Shown here one piece after another: positions 9,975 to 20,862 of a stretch of DNA of 64,000 nt; within the stretch, counting starts at the first letter, position 1; the number at the start of each line of letters is the position of its first letter. The notes under the pieces were generated by a model that saw only the letters and a list, made by a program, of their open reading frames with translations, had not been told where the DNA came from and ran no database searches. A program made the position numbers and the translations under genes. This DNA is from a virus. Taxonomy: Duplodnaviria; Caudoviricetes. Location: positions 1 through 64,000 of the IMG/VR virus record IMGVR_UViG_3300028048_000106, one strand, 5' to 3'.

Positions 9975-11885
9975 ATGAAGAATGTAGTCATATTTGCTGG
10001 TGGGCATGGCGCCGTGAAGCTCCAGCAGTCTATTGCTAAGTGGGGTGGTCCAGGTGTTAATGTGCAGATCATCATATCAGCATATGACAATGCTAAGTCA
10101 ACACTAGCTTGCCGTCAAGTGTTTGACCACAAGATACTTGGTGTGTCAGACTTGAGGAAGAACCACATCACACAGTACAAGATACAGCAGTTTAGTGGCA
10201 GCATTAGTTCAAGTAATGCAACTACTGCTCAGCAGATATATGATTGGCTAGAGTATCGACTTCCAAAAGACTGGAACAAAAGCTTTGAAGAGACATATGC
10301 ATATGTCAAAGACACATATGTTGGCGAGCAAGCAAAGTACTTCTTCACAATATATGACCTTGAGACGCTGAAGCATGCTGTTGACAACTTCTTCTTGCAG
10401 CCTAAGGCAAAAGACATCAACTATGCTGACTTTGCTCTTTCAAACATCTTGTATGCATCATTGGCAAACATGAATGGCAACAGCCTTGAGACAGCTGGCA
10501 ACTTGATGTCTAAGATGCTTGGCATAGAAGACAATGTCCATCTCATCTCAAATGTGAACTTGTACCTCCACGCAAAGAGCGTCAATGGGCATGACCTCAA
10601 TGATGAAGATGTCATGTCACAGTGGAAGAGTGCTTCTGACCCTATTGACCATCTATACTATGTAGACAGAGATGGAAATGAGCACTACCCAACAGTTGAT
10701 GAGCTTCCAGACAGGACAATTGACCCAACACATAAGTGTGAGAAGCTGCTTGACAATGCTGACATCATCATCTTCTCAAGTGGAAGCCAATGGACGTCTT
10801 TGATACCTACTTATGCACAGCATGGCTTCAATGCCATCATCAAGAGGTCGAAGGCAAAGAAGTACTTGGTGATGAACAATGTTGAAGACAGAGACCTCTA
10901 TGGGTGCAATGCTGACTGGATATTGGCACAAGTCAGCAAGTATGTTGACATTGATGACTTCACTGTTGTCTTGAACTCAAATGCCATTAGCACTCTAGAC
11001 CATCTAGAAGACAAGAAGTGGAAGAGCATTACTGCGCCATTGTCTGACTCTAAAGGTGACCCTGTGCATAACCTTGAGGTGTTCAAGGTGATAATGGCTG
11101 ACTATGTCAAGCCATTGACAGACTACTCACACAAGTTTGTGTTTGACTTTGATGACACGCTTTGGTCAACAAAGACAATCGATGCTGACTTAGATGCTTG
11201 TGCAGACAACCTCATCCGTTTTGCAGAATTGAAGAAGAAAGGCATTTGGTCAATGATATTCAGTGGGAACAAGATAGCACGGTTCAAGAAGCTGTTTGAC
11301 AGCTATGCACATGCTGTTGGCAATGGCTCTACATTCAATGATGTCTTCTCACAGTTTTACTGCAACTTTGGCAACTCAAAGTACCACTTTGAAGATGGAA
11401 AGTTCTTGTTTGATGGGAAAGTGTTCAAGAACATATCAATGTTCAGCCACTACTTCAACTTAGTTGACTACTTAGTCAAGAGCTTGAACAAGAGCAAGTT
11501 GTTCTTGAACTTCAACACAAAGCTTGACTACTCTAACTTTGAGAACTGTGGTGATGTCAATATAGCAGTCTCTCCACTCTGCCACCGTGAGGAAGTGCTT
11601 CCAGTGTTCAATGAGCTCATTGATGAGTACAATGCATTCTACTATACCGACTTCCATGCATACATCAATGGAAACACGACAATTGACATCCTCTACAAAG
11701 ACTTTAACAAGGCATCATGCCTGAATGAAGTCCTCAGAGATGAGAAGTTCAACTACATTGGCGACAAGCTTGAAGATGGGAATGACGCATCAGTCAAGAC
11801 CATAAAGCTTGCAAACTGCATGTCAGTTGACGATGTCTATGACACAAACTTCTTGCTGAGAGCATTGGAGGCATTCATTGGATAA
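9975..11885 (+). CDS. YvcK/CofD (UPF0052) domain fused to HAD-IIB phosphomannomutase-like domain
   Basis: N: VVIFAGGHG, SAYDNAKST, SDLR, ADIIIFSSGSQWTSLIP; C: FVFDFDDTL, NGNTTIDI..FNKASCL, YIGDKLEDGND. Confidence 0.85.
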   Translation: MKNVVIFAGGHGAVKLQQSIAKWGGPGVNVQIIISAYDNAKSTLACRQVFDHKILGVSDLRKNHITQYKIQQFSGSISSSNATTAQQIYDWLEYRLPKDWNKSFEETYAYVKDTYVGEQAKYFFTIYDLETLKHAVDNFFLQPKAKDINYADFALSNILYASLANMNGNSLETAGNLMSKMLGIEDNVHLISNVNLYLHAKSVNGHDLNDEDVMSQWKSASDPIDHLYYVDRDGNEHYPTVDELPDRTIDPTHKCEKLLDNADIIIFSSGSQWTSLIPTYAQHGFNAIIKRSKAKKYLVMNNVEDRDLYGCNADWILAQVSKYVDIDDFTVVLNSNAISTLDHLEDKKWKSITAPLSDSKGDPVHNLEVFKVIMADYVKPLTDYSHKFVFDFDDTLWSTKTIDADLDACADNLIRFAELKKKGIWSMIFSGNKIARFKKLFDSYAHAVGNGSTFNDVFSQFYCNFGNSKYHFEDGKFLFDGKVFKNISMFSHYFNLVDYLVKSLNKSKLFLNFNTKLDYSNFENCGDVNIAVSPLCHREEVLPVFNELIDEYNAFYYTDFHAYINGNTTIDILYKDFNKASCLNEVLRDEKFNYIGDKLEDGNDASVKTIKLANCMSVDDVYDTNFLLRALEAFIG

Positions 11886-12684
11886 GACGCTGTTCATAGT
11901 TGCTGCTGGCTTGTCAACACGGTTCAATGGCAAGCCAAAGCACCTTGCCAAGATAAAAGGCATGCCTAACATTGAGCATACACTGCGGATGGCTAGCCCA
12001 TGGTACAACAGCATATATGTTGTGCTCAATGAGAAGGCAACTGAAGAGACTATAGAAGACACTAGAGCCATTGCATCAATGCATGGAGCTAGGCAGATCT
12101 TGATTCCATCTGGAAAAGGTGATGCGGATGCAGTCTTTCAATCGCTTGACAAGTCTGGCAATGGTGACTCATGCGTGTCAGTCTGCTGGGGAGATGCATG
12201 GTTCAAGAGCGCCAATGTCTTTAAGATTGCATCACAGGCTCTAGAAGAGAAAGACTACAGTAGCATTGTGTTTGACGCAATGTGCGCAATGGAAGAGAGC
12301 CCTTATGGCTGGTTCACCATAGACAATAGTGGAACAATACTAAAAGCAGAGTTTGCATCTGACTATGGCATAGAAAGTCCAGTTAATGGAGCATATGCTG
12401 CTCATGACCAATGCTTCTTCAACATCAATGTGCAGAACTTCAAAGAAGAGTTTGACCAGTATTCTAGATTTGCTGAAGCTGAAGTTGCATCACTTGAGCA
12501 CCTCATTGAGCAGCGCACTAGCATGGTAAAGCTCTCATTGAAGCATGAGATGTCATGGTACAAGATGATAAATTGGGCTAGCAAGATGAAAAGCAGCTTG
12601 AAGTCAACTGCAATAGTCTTAGCTGAGCCTGCTGCTTTGTCATTCAACACAGAAGAAGACTTGGAGAAGATAAGAGATGCATAA
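11878..12684 (+). CDS. sugar-phosphate nucleotidyltransferase (NTP_transferase/MobA fold)
   Basis: FIVAAGLSTRFNGKPKHL, GKGDADAV, VCWGD, SFNTEEDL. Confidence 0.85.
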   Translation: MDKTLFIVAAGLSTRFNGKPKHLAKIKGMPNIEHTLRMASPWYNSIYVVLNEKATEETIEDTRAIASMHGARQILIPSGKGDADAVFQSLDKSGNGDSCVSVCWGDAWFKSANVFKIASQALEEKDYSSIVFDAMCAMEESPYGWFTIDNSGTILKAEFASDYGIESPVNGAYAAHDQCFFNINVQNFKEEFDQYSRFAEAEVASLEHLIEQRTSMVKLSLKHEMSWYKMINWASKMKSSLKSTAIVLAEPAALSFNTEEDLEKIRDA

Positions 12685-13873
12685 GCTGGCAGTCTGCAAG
12701 ATAGGTGGACGGATATCATTTGGAAAAGTAGACAAAGATGGCAATGTCTCAAACGCAAGAGACACTAGTGGAGGCAATGGTGAGGCAAAGGCCATCATTG
12801 ACATTGCGCAGAAGTCAGGTAAGTTTGACATAACAATCTTGACTAAGACTACATCAAAAGACTACTTCCCTAAAGAGTACAAGTTTGTTGATGCTGTCAA
12901 GCTGCTACAAGAAGACAAGATAGAGAGCTTTCTTGCTAAGCAGGACTTTGATGTCTTGCTTCTCATAAATGGGTCAATAAACTGCTTTGGCGGTGCTGAG
13001 CAGTCAATAATGTCAGACTTGGCACTGTACAAGGCAATGCACTTCTTCAAGAAGAAGATTGTCTTCTGCTCTTGTGACATATGCATCCCTTTTGTGCCAG
13101 ACATCTGGAAGACGGTTGCTCCAAAAGAGTGGAGCAGCAAGTACAAGCAAGAAGACTTTGACTTGGGTGGCAAGACATTCTATATGCTCACCCAAGCTAG
13201 AGATCTTGACGCGCTGCACAAGATTCTAGACTCTAAGAAAGGCAATGTCTTCAAGAGAGAGAACATTGACAACTTCTCTTTTGAGAAGTTTCCATGTGAG
13301 AATGCCATACAGTATGTAGATGTCAACCCTAGTCCAGCATACGATCTTCTCTATGGAGGCACCCTAAGAGCCGGGAGACGCATCAAGAAGATAGTCAATT
13401 GGTACTACAACCACCCAAGCCTCAATATAGAGCTCTTCGGGAACATGGACCAAGACAAGATAGATGCAGTTGCAAAGAAAGTCTATGGGATATTCCATAA
13501 GCCAAGCTTCAATGACCCCGTGAACTATCTAGAGAATAGCAAGAAGATGAACCAAGCTCTAGCAACAATAGTCATTGGCGATGACATGTATGAAGAGACT
13601 AGCACTGTACAGCAGCGAGCATATGAAGCAATGTGCGCAAATGTCGTCACATTCATTGATGAGAAGCTAGACAAGCTACACAATGTGTATGGGTTCAATC
13701 CAGGTCTAGAGAAGTTCTTGTATCTACAGAGCCCTAGCCAGCTTGAGAAGCGAATGCAGATGCTAAAAGACACACCAGAGCTTCGTGCTAAAATCTTATC
13801 TCTACAGCAGAAGATAATCTCATTTGACAGACAAGAGTGGTATAATGTTTTTGCAGAAAAACTGCTGAAATGA
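12677..13873 (+). CDS. DNA beta-glucosyltransferase (T4 Bgt)-like glycosyltransferase
   Basis: YDLLYGGTLRAGRR..LNIELFGN..ALATIVIGD..RAYEAMCANVVTFIDEKLD parallels T4 Bgt DVIYGGSFRSGQR..LNIEFFGN..AALIIGD..RVWETMASDAVMLIDEEFD. Confidence 0.85.
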   Translation: MHKLAVCKIGGRISFGKVDKDGNVSNARDTSGGNGEAKAIIDIAQKSGKFDITILTKTTSKDYFPKEYKFVDAVKLLQEDKIESFLAKQDFDVLLLINGSINCFGGAEQSIMSDLALYKAMHFFKKKIVFCSCDICIPFVPDIWKTVAPKEWSSKYKQEDFDLGGKTFYMLTQARDLDALHKILDSKKGNVFKRENIDNFSFEKFPCENAIQYVDVNPSPAYDLLYGGTLRAGRRIKKIVNWYYNHPSLNIELFGNMDQDKIDAVAKKVYGIFHKPSFNDPVNYLENSKKMNQALATIVIGDDMYEETSTVQQRAYEAMCANVVTFIDEKLDKLHNVYGFNPGLEKFLYLQSPSQLEKRMQMLKDTPELRAKILSLQQKIISFDRQEWYNVFAEKLLK

Positions 13874-13874
13874 C

Positions 13875-14312
13875 ATGGACCAAAAGAAGCTAGACAACTA
13901 CTTTATGGGAGTAGCAAAGCTGACTGCTCAGCTTTCTCATGCTAGACGCACTAAAGTTGGTGCAGTCATGACTAAAGACAACCGCATCATAAGTGTTGGT
14001 TACAATGGGACAGTGCGTGGAGATGACAACAACTGTGAAGACGAGCTTCCAGATGGATCACTAGTCACAAAGAACACAGTTGTCCATGCTGAGATGAATG
14101 TGCTTTGCTTCTGCGCAAAGACTGAGATTGAAAGTGATGGAGCAACAATATACTTGACGCTTTCACCATGTGCAAACTGTGCATTGGCTATGATTCAGTC
14201 AGGGATAAAGCGAGTTGTCTACCTTGAGCAGTATAGAGACTTAAGCGGTGTGAAGATACTAGAGCAGGCTGGAGTAGAAGTAGAGAAGTTTGCTGACATG
14301 CAGCTATTATGA
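13875..14312 (+). CDS. dCMP deaminase
   Basis: VGAV, GYNG, VHAEMN, LSPCANCA. Confidence 0.92.
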   Translation: MDQKKLDNYFMGVAKLTAQLSHARRTKVGAVMTKDNRIISVGYNGTVRGDDNNCEDELPDGSLVTKNTVVHAEMNVLCFCAKTEIESDGATIYLTLSPCANCALAMIQSGIKRVVYLEQYRDLSGVKILEQAGVEVEKFADMQLL

Positions 14313-14337
14313 CAGCTATAGCATGTATATTTTAAAC

Positions 14338-15057
14338 ATGAAATTGTGTATTCCAGTCTGTGTTAGTTTTTAGACAGGCGTTCCAATTGAGTTGACTTAG
14401 CCACCATATGTGTTAGTTGGTGCAGGTGGGTTTAAGCAAGATGGCATCTAGTTTTTTGATAATGATGGCATAAACATATCATCATACAATCTATATCTAA
14501 ATGAGATGAGTGTGGTATATTGGATGGCAAAGAACTATGCTAAGCTTAGCAGTCCAGACTATGTTGGCCTTGCTCATTATCGTAGAAGACTTGTCCATGA
14601 GGACTATATGCTTTAGCCAAATGCAATTGTCTGTCATGCTGAGAACTACAAGATACCTTTATATAAGCACTACTGTATCTACCATGTCAAAGCTGATCTT
14701 GACTTCACAGTCAATATGGTCTAGAAGAACTTCTCGAAGTAGATGTTCAAATCATTTATTGACTTTTTGAACTAGACATACTCATTTGAGAGAAATCTAT
14801 ACATAATGCCAAAAGACAAGTTTTTTGAGTATTCAGATTTCATCTGCAAGTGTATAGATATCTTCATTAAAGACTTGTTTTAGAACAGTGACATTGCTTA
14901 TAGAGATAAGTACTAGAGACGTGCTATGGGATTCTTGTGTGAGAGGCTCACTAGCTTTTGGATATATGACTAGATGGTGCAAGGCAAGTCAACATTGATA
15001 CTGACATAGGAGTAGATATTTGACTTAGAGTCGCCATATCAACGAGAGTCAATATGA
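14338..15057 (+). CDS. DUF4422-family glycosyltransferase-associated protein (12 TAG codons)
   Basis: DNDGINISSYN..LNEMSVVYW..DYVGLAHYRR..Y(TAG)RRAMGFLCERL; TGA overlaps next ATG. Confidence 0.85.
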
Positions 15058-15824
15058 AGAGCGCACTTGTATGCATAGCAAAGAATGAAGACCACTACAT
15101 TGATGAGTGGCTGCAGTACCATCTAAAGCTTGGATTCTCAAGCATATTCGTGTACTAGAACAACTGGCGGTATGCTGGCAACAAGTCAGCATATGGAAGT
15201 TGTGCAATTTGGATAGACTTTGATGGCGAAGCAATGCAGATGAAGGCTTACAATGACTTCATTGACAAGCACAACAGTGAATATGACTTTGCAGCATTCT
15301 TTGATGTTGATGAGTTCTTGTGCTTGAAGAAAGACAAGTCACTAGAGAGCTTCTTGAGCAGATATGCTGACATATATGGTGTTGGAGTGAATTGGCGAGT
15401 GTTTGGAGACAATGGCCTAACATCAGTAGAGAGTGGTAGCTACTCACTGTTGAATAGATTCACAAAGTGCCAGGCAAAGCTTGACAAGCACATAAAGACA
15501 ATACTCAACTTGATGATGTCAAAGAACATGTTCCACTTTGTGAACCCTCATTTTGTAGATGCATCATTGAAGTATGATGTCATATTAGATGTTGACAAGA
15601 CTCACGTCATACATGGGCCATGGAATGAGAACTGCTAGACTTAGATTGCATAGCTTAACCACTACCACTCTAAGACATGGCCAGAATTCCAAGAGAAGAT
15701 GGCGCGTGGCAAGGCAGACACACTCAAGTCGCATCCAAAATACAACTACCTTAGCTCTGACTTCATGCTGCACAACTACAATGACATTGAAGACTTCACT
15801 GCAAGAAATTTCATGGAAGATTAA
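15054..15824 (+). CDS. GT2/GT92-like glycosyltransferase (TAG-recoded)
   Basis: CIAKNEDHYIDEWLQYHLKLGF, FFDVDEFL, NWRVFG, IA(TAG)LNHY. Confidence 0.85.
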
Positions 15825-15847
15825 AAACTGGCATAGGAATCACAGAA

Positions 15848-16675
15848 ATGATTGATTGGAAAAAGTATTTTGACTAGGTATTTGTGCTACATTATGCTGG
15901 TTATACAGAAATAGAAGACAAGCTAAATGCTGAATTATCACGTGTTGGACTAGTTGACAGTGGAATACTGACTATCCACAACAATATATCATCGCCATTC
16001 TTAAGCATACTTCAGCGTAACATAAACTGTGACAATGTTCCAAATGACATGCGACCATCATCATTTTCATGCTCATTTGGGCATTATACTATAATGAAGA
16101 TAGCTGAGCTGAAAGGCTACAGTAGAATTCTCATCTTAGAAGATGATATTGCTTTCTTGAAAGACGTTGGCAAAATTGAGTCAATTCTAGATGCTGCAGC
16201 GGCGGAAGTCCCAGACTATGATGTGTGCTTGTTCTCCCACTTCATGTCGCCTTGTCCACGCAGTGTGTCAGACATATAGAAGTATGCAGATGAGATGCAT
16301 TAGTGCCAAGCTCTCAACAAGTACTTCATACCATACACATCTTCTTCGGCACCTGTTGCATCAGGTGCTGCATATGGGCTATCTAGAAAAGGGCTAGTCT
16401 GCCTACGTGGGCTGTATGAGCACTAGATGCAGATAGCAGACATGATATTCAGAAACTAGCCATACCTCAAAGATGGTAATGTTGATGGCTTCCATGACAT
16501 TATCTTGAGTAGCTTGTCTCGTTTCTACTGCAGATGTCCAATAGGGATCTAGAACAACATCAAGCAGTCTGTAACAGGTGAGATACTGAAAGATGGCTTC
16601 TCATAGATATTAGCTGCTTAGAAGAAATTAGCAGAATGTGTTGGCATAAACTATGGTGAATATAGCTTCTCTTGA
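15848..16675 (+). CDS. GT25-like glycosyltransferase (TAG-recoded)
   Basis: SCSFGH, ILILEDDI, GAAYGLSRKG; continuous to TGA 16675. Confidence 0.8.
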
Positions 16676-16812
16676 CATCTATGGGCATGGCTTTAGGCAA
16701 TAAGTTCTCTAGAATAATGCATGCACAATAGTGGGTAGATGAGTAGGTTGGAATACACTACAATGACTGCAATTTTGATGCTTAATTGTGCCTACATTAA
16801 TATAATCTTAAC

Positions 16813-17337
16813 ATGTTAAACATAGATCCAAAGTTTCCAATAGTAATCGTTGAAGGATGCGATGCGAGTGGCAAGTCGACACTCATCAATAAGCTCATGG
16901 AGCGCCACCCTAACAACTGCTATCTCCACTGTGCAGTGACAAATGACATAAACTCACTCCACCAAAATGCAATTGACACTGCTCTAGTGGCATCTCAAGA
17001 GCGGTGGGTGTTCATTGACCGTCTGCATCTTTCAGAGACAATATATGGGACAGTGTTCCGCAATGGCCCTTCATATGATGTTGCGGCATTTGACAAGATG
17101 ATCACTGATGGCATATCTACACTCAAGAAGATCCTCTGCACTGTTGACAAAGAGACTGCTCTTGCAAAGCACGCAGAAAGAAAAGACAAAGAGATGTTTG
17201 ATGACATATCAAAGGTGTATGATCTATATGCAGATGTTGCAAAGAATGACAAGTCATGGACAGTCTATAATTGGAAGACTGACACAATAGACTTAGACAT
17301 GCTTGAAGTCAAGCACAACTCAAAGGAGATCAACTAA
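16813..17337 (+). CDS. dNMP/thymidylate kinase-like P-loop kinase
   Basis: IVEGCDASGKST, FIDRLHLSETIYG. Confidence 0.85.
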   Translation: MLNIDPKFPIVIVEGCDASGKSTLINKLMERHPNNCYLHCAVTNDINSLHQNAIDTALVASQERWVFIDRLHLSETIYGTVFRNGPSYDVAAFDKMITDGISTLKKILCTVDKETALAKHAERKDKEMFDDISKVYDLYADVAKNDKSWTVYNWKTDTIDLDMLEVKHNSKEIN

Positions 17338-18206
17338 TGAAAATGATAGTAGGTACAAGCTTTGCAGAAGTGTATGACAAGGCAATGGACATGCTGCTTA
17401 ACAACTATGAGTACAAGACAGCACCACGTGGACTTGACATACATGAGTGCTTGAATGTTGGACTATGCATCGAAGACCCAACAAAGAACTTGTTCAAGTA
17501 TGAAAACAAGAGCTTGACTCTTCCAACAGGGTATGTGAAGAAAGAGATGTGCCTATATCTTCTTGGAAGTGATGATGCAAGAGACTTCTCAAAGGCATCT
17601 AAGTTTTGGGACAACATCAAGACAGACAAAGGCAAGATAAACTCAGCATATGGCAACTTGATATTCAATGCAAGCCTAAAAGATGGCCGTAGCCAATTTG
17701 ACTGGGCATTTGACTGCTTGAAGAATGACAAAGACTCGCGGCAGTCTTTCATGAGGTACAACAACACTTGCCACCAATATGATGGAAACAAAGATGTGCC
17801 TTGCACATTCATCCAGATGTTCCACATACGAGACAATAAGCTCCACACAACAGTTGAGATGAGAAGCAATGATGTGATAAAAGGGACAACATATGACATT
17901 CCAAGCTTCATCTTGTTCCAAAGGCTCATGCTCCTTAGGCTAAGAGAAGTCTATCCAGACCTTGAGATGGGGACTTACACGCACTTTGCAAACTCTCTCC
18001 ACTTGTACTCATCTGACTTTGAGCTAGTTGAGAAGAGACTAGACAGCCAAATTCTAGAGAATTCTTATCCATTTCCAAATGACTGGCATTGCGTTAAGTC
18101 AGAAGATGCTCTAAGGTGCTTCGACACAAAAGTCAACAAACAAGATTGGCTTGTTGACTGGCAGTATCCAGAAAACAAAGACTTCTATGGATGGCTTTGC
18201 AATTAA
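17337..18206 (+). CDS. thymidylate-synthase-family enzyme, dCMP hydroxymethylase-like
   Basis: NSAYG, DSRQ, DVPCT, MRSNDVIKGTTYD (Asp at the dCMP/dUMP specificity position, as in T4 gp42), SLHLY. Confidence 0.85.
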   Translation: MKMIVGTSFAEVYDKAMDMLLNNYEYKTAPRGLDIHECLNVGLCIEDPTKNLFKYENKSLTLPTGYVKKEMCLYLLGSDDARDFSKASKFWDNIKTDKGKINSAYGNLIFNASLKDGRSQFDWAFDCLKNDKDSRQSFMRYNNTCHQYDGNKDVPCTFIQMFHIRDNKLHTTVEMRSNDVIKGTTYDIPSFILFQRLMLLRLREVYPDLEMGTYTHFANSLHLYSSDFELVEKRLDSQILENSYPFPNDWHCVKSEDALRCFDTKVNKQDWLVDWQYPENKDFYGWLCN

Positions 18207-18270
18207 GCCATAGTTGAATAGACTTCTTTAAGCTTAAGCCTAAAGGCTAAGTGTCTAGTAGATTTGATGC

Positions 18271-18306
18271 AAAAAGAATGCTCAGTTTAAACTGTGCATT
18301 CTTTTT
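18271..18306 (+). terminator. intrinsic terminator
   Basis: AAAAAGAATGC..GCATTCTTTTT inverted repeat. Confidence 0.65.
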
Positions 18307-18358
18307 GGCTATTCAAACTAGAAGTAAATATAAATAACTAAAAATTAATGAATAACAT

Positions 18359-20059
18359 ATGATTAGTAAAATATTTAGTCTTTATTTGTCAGATGACGTG
18401 TATCTAACATCATAGACATCAAGTAGCTATGAGTTATCATAGTTTTCTAATAAGATTTCAAGACAGCTCAGTAGCAAACTTGATTTGCATACTGGAGGGT
18501 CAATTTCTGGGGATGTTGACATTGTGGATGCTAATCTGTCAATCAACACATTTGAAAACATATATGATGTAGATGATGGTTAGTCACTAGCTGAAAAGCT
18601 AAATGCCAAGCAAGACAAGATCTTGTCAATAGATACTCTTACTACTGGAGTCTATGCATCGTAGCATGTCTATAGTGGCATCTATTTGTCTACTGGAAAT
18701 GGCACTAATCCAAAGCATTTAGACTACCCAAGCATAACAGCTGATGCAGTTATTGCTACAACAACTGACGTTAGCAGTTAGTTGAGTAGCTACCTCGACA
18801 AGTGCTGTGGCGGCGAAGTGTCCGGAGACATCTCCATATAGAATGCAAGCTTGTCTATCCTGTCAGGAAACTATATTCAGACGAGCACACCTGATGCTGT
18901 GGTCAACTACGCGTCTAAAAATGCGCTTATACAGGCCGATATTGATCCGCATTATGGAGACTCTTATGCTGGCACTAAGGCATTCTGCGTGCTTGGCCTT
19001 AGTTCAAATGTAAACTAGATCAAGCTCAGTGGAGACATCTAGGTCCTTAAAGACATTGTCGACGGGCGGCTGTCTGTTGGCAACATGCCAGTAGACATTA
19101 GCAAGAGCCGTTCACTACGCAATGTATTTGGAAAAGACACGTTTAAAGAAGGCGACCTGGTGACGGACGGCACAAGCATGTCGGCGGCGATGTTCTCGCT
19201 GACGCTCGACAACCGCGCGGCGTCGATGGCTTTTCACCTCTCGGCAGTAGATACCGATACGGGCATAGTCACGCTAAACGAGTCGCTAAAGGACGCGGAC
19301 GGCTTCGATGCGCTCGACGGCAGGCCATAGAGTTTCTTCGAAGATCTCTGGCTTAACGACGACAACGCGTTCTACCTTGTCGGCTTCCCTGAGCTCGGGA
19401 ATGCTAATGTTCCCAACAACTTCGGCCAGTTCGCGTCCGGCGGCAGCGTTCGCGCGATAGGCAGGCAGACGCACGCCGAGGGCCGCGACAGCATCGCTGA
19501 CGTACGGTATGCCCATGTTGAAGGATCACATTGCACTGCCGCTCATATGGCAACACACGCCGAAGGATTCAGGACGGTCGCTAACAAGCGCTACTCGCAT
19601 TCCGAAGGCGAAGTGACCAAGGCCGACGGACGCGCCGCTCACGCCGAGGGCAGATTGACTGAAGCTTCTGGAGTGAACAGCCATGCTTAGGGCAAGTCAA
19701 CTATTGCCAGCGGAGAGCAGTCATGCGCATTTGGATTGTCCACAAAATCTAAAGGAAAGAATACTTTCACCGCCGGGTATATGTCCGAAGCTAGCAAATG
19801 GGCGGACAATGCTTTTGTGATAGGACGATACAGCATGGCTGATGCTTATAATGGCAGTAACTCATTCGTCTGGCAAGGAATATCTAGCGGAGCGTCATAT
19901 TATAATTCAAATAGCAAAGGCTCGTTCAACGTCAACCCGCAGAATGGCCTTTCAGGCTTCTACATCGGCTCAGACAACTTCGTCCAGTGCGTCCTCTCGG
20001 CGGTGCAGTCTATGGACGAGACATAGATAAATGCGCTGAAGGCCGCGCTTGGACTATGA
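18359..20059 (+). CDS. tail fibre/adhesin with YadA-head-like HAEG repeats (TAG-recoded)
   Basis: One frame to TGA 20059; 14-aa repeats THAEG, AHVEG, THAEG, SHSEG, AHAEG, SHA(TAG)G; GTAAATA at 18324. Confidence 0.8.
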
Positions 20060-20109
20060 CAAATATTTGATTTGTTTACTTTGCCATCCATTTTGATACA
20101 ATATACATA

Positions 20110-20850
20110 ATGGATGACAAAACACTAATAGACAAGTTCAATGCTTCTAAAGTAGCTAAGAATATGGTTATTGCCTATGGAGGAGATGGCCAACTTCTTA
20201 AAGTTGTGTCTCAAGTAGGCAACAAGAAAGGCATCATCCCTATACGTAATTATGGTCGATGCGCAAAGCATGCCAAACTACTTGAAGAAGTTGTTGAAGG
20301 CACAAATGACCGACTAAATTTGAAGTACTCTAAGCAGCCATTCATTGACTACAGTCTTGATGGCGAGAAGTCTATCTTCAAAAATCAACTAGTAGGGCCA
20401 ATTGCTGAGATTGTCTGGAAGTCTGCTAATCCAACCGAAGCGATGCGGTTTAGTGTGCTCGTCAATGGCAAAGAGTACATGAAGCAGTGCATTGCAGATG
20501 GCGTGATATGTGCAACATCTCTTGGGTCACATGGCTACTTCAAGTCAGTCACACGCACAATATTTAATGACACTGAGTCTCTTGGCCTTGGGTTCATTGC
20601 ACCAACATATGGCCTCTGCAACCTCGTCTTGAAGTCAACTGACATAGTCAAAGTTGCTCTTGAGAGAGATGCAAATACGCTGCTTTCTGGAGACAAGTGC
20701 TTCAAAGAGATGGCATGCAAGAAAGGGACAGTCCTTGAGCTTAGACTTGGCGCAGAAGGGGTTGCACTGTATGGATATGACATGTTCTGCTGTCCAGAGT
20801 GCAGAAAGCTGCGGAACTCAACAACAGTGAATGACCAATATCTAGGATAA
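20110..20850 (+). CDS. NAD kinase-like protein
   Basis: IAYGGDGQLL; ADGVICATSLGSHGYFKS. Confidence 0.8.
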   Translation: MDDKTLIDKFNASKVAKNMVIAYGGDGQLLKVVSQVGNKKGIIPIRNYGRCAKHAKLLEEVVEGTNDRLNLKYSKQPFIDYSLDGEKSIFKNQLVGPIAEIVWKSANPTEAMRFSVLVNGKEYMKQCIADGVICATSLGSHGYFKSVTRTIFNDTESLGLGFIAPTYGLCNLVLKSTDIVKVALERDANTLLSGDKCFKEMACKKGTVLELRLGAEGVALYGYDMFCCPECRKLRNSTTVNDQYLG

Positions 20851-20862
20851 GGGCAAAAAAAG

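Noticed and set aside
17337-18206. Ordinary thymidylate synthase ThyA
   Set aside because: Asp rather than Asn at the specificity site, plus Bgt/kinase context, favours a dCMP-modifying enzyme
18359-20059. Diversity-generating retroelement target
   Set aside because: No reverse transcriptase or template/variable repeat pair in the window
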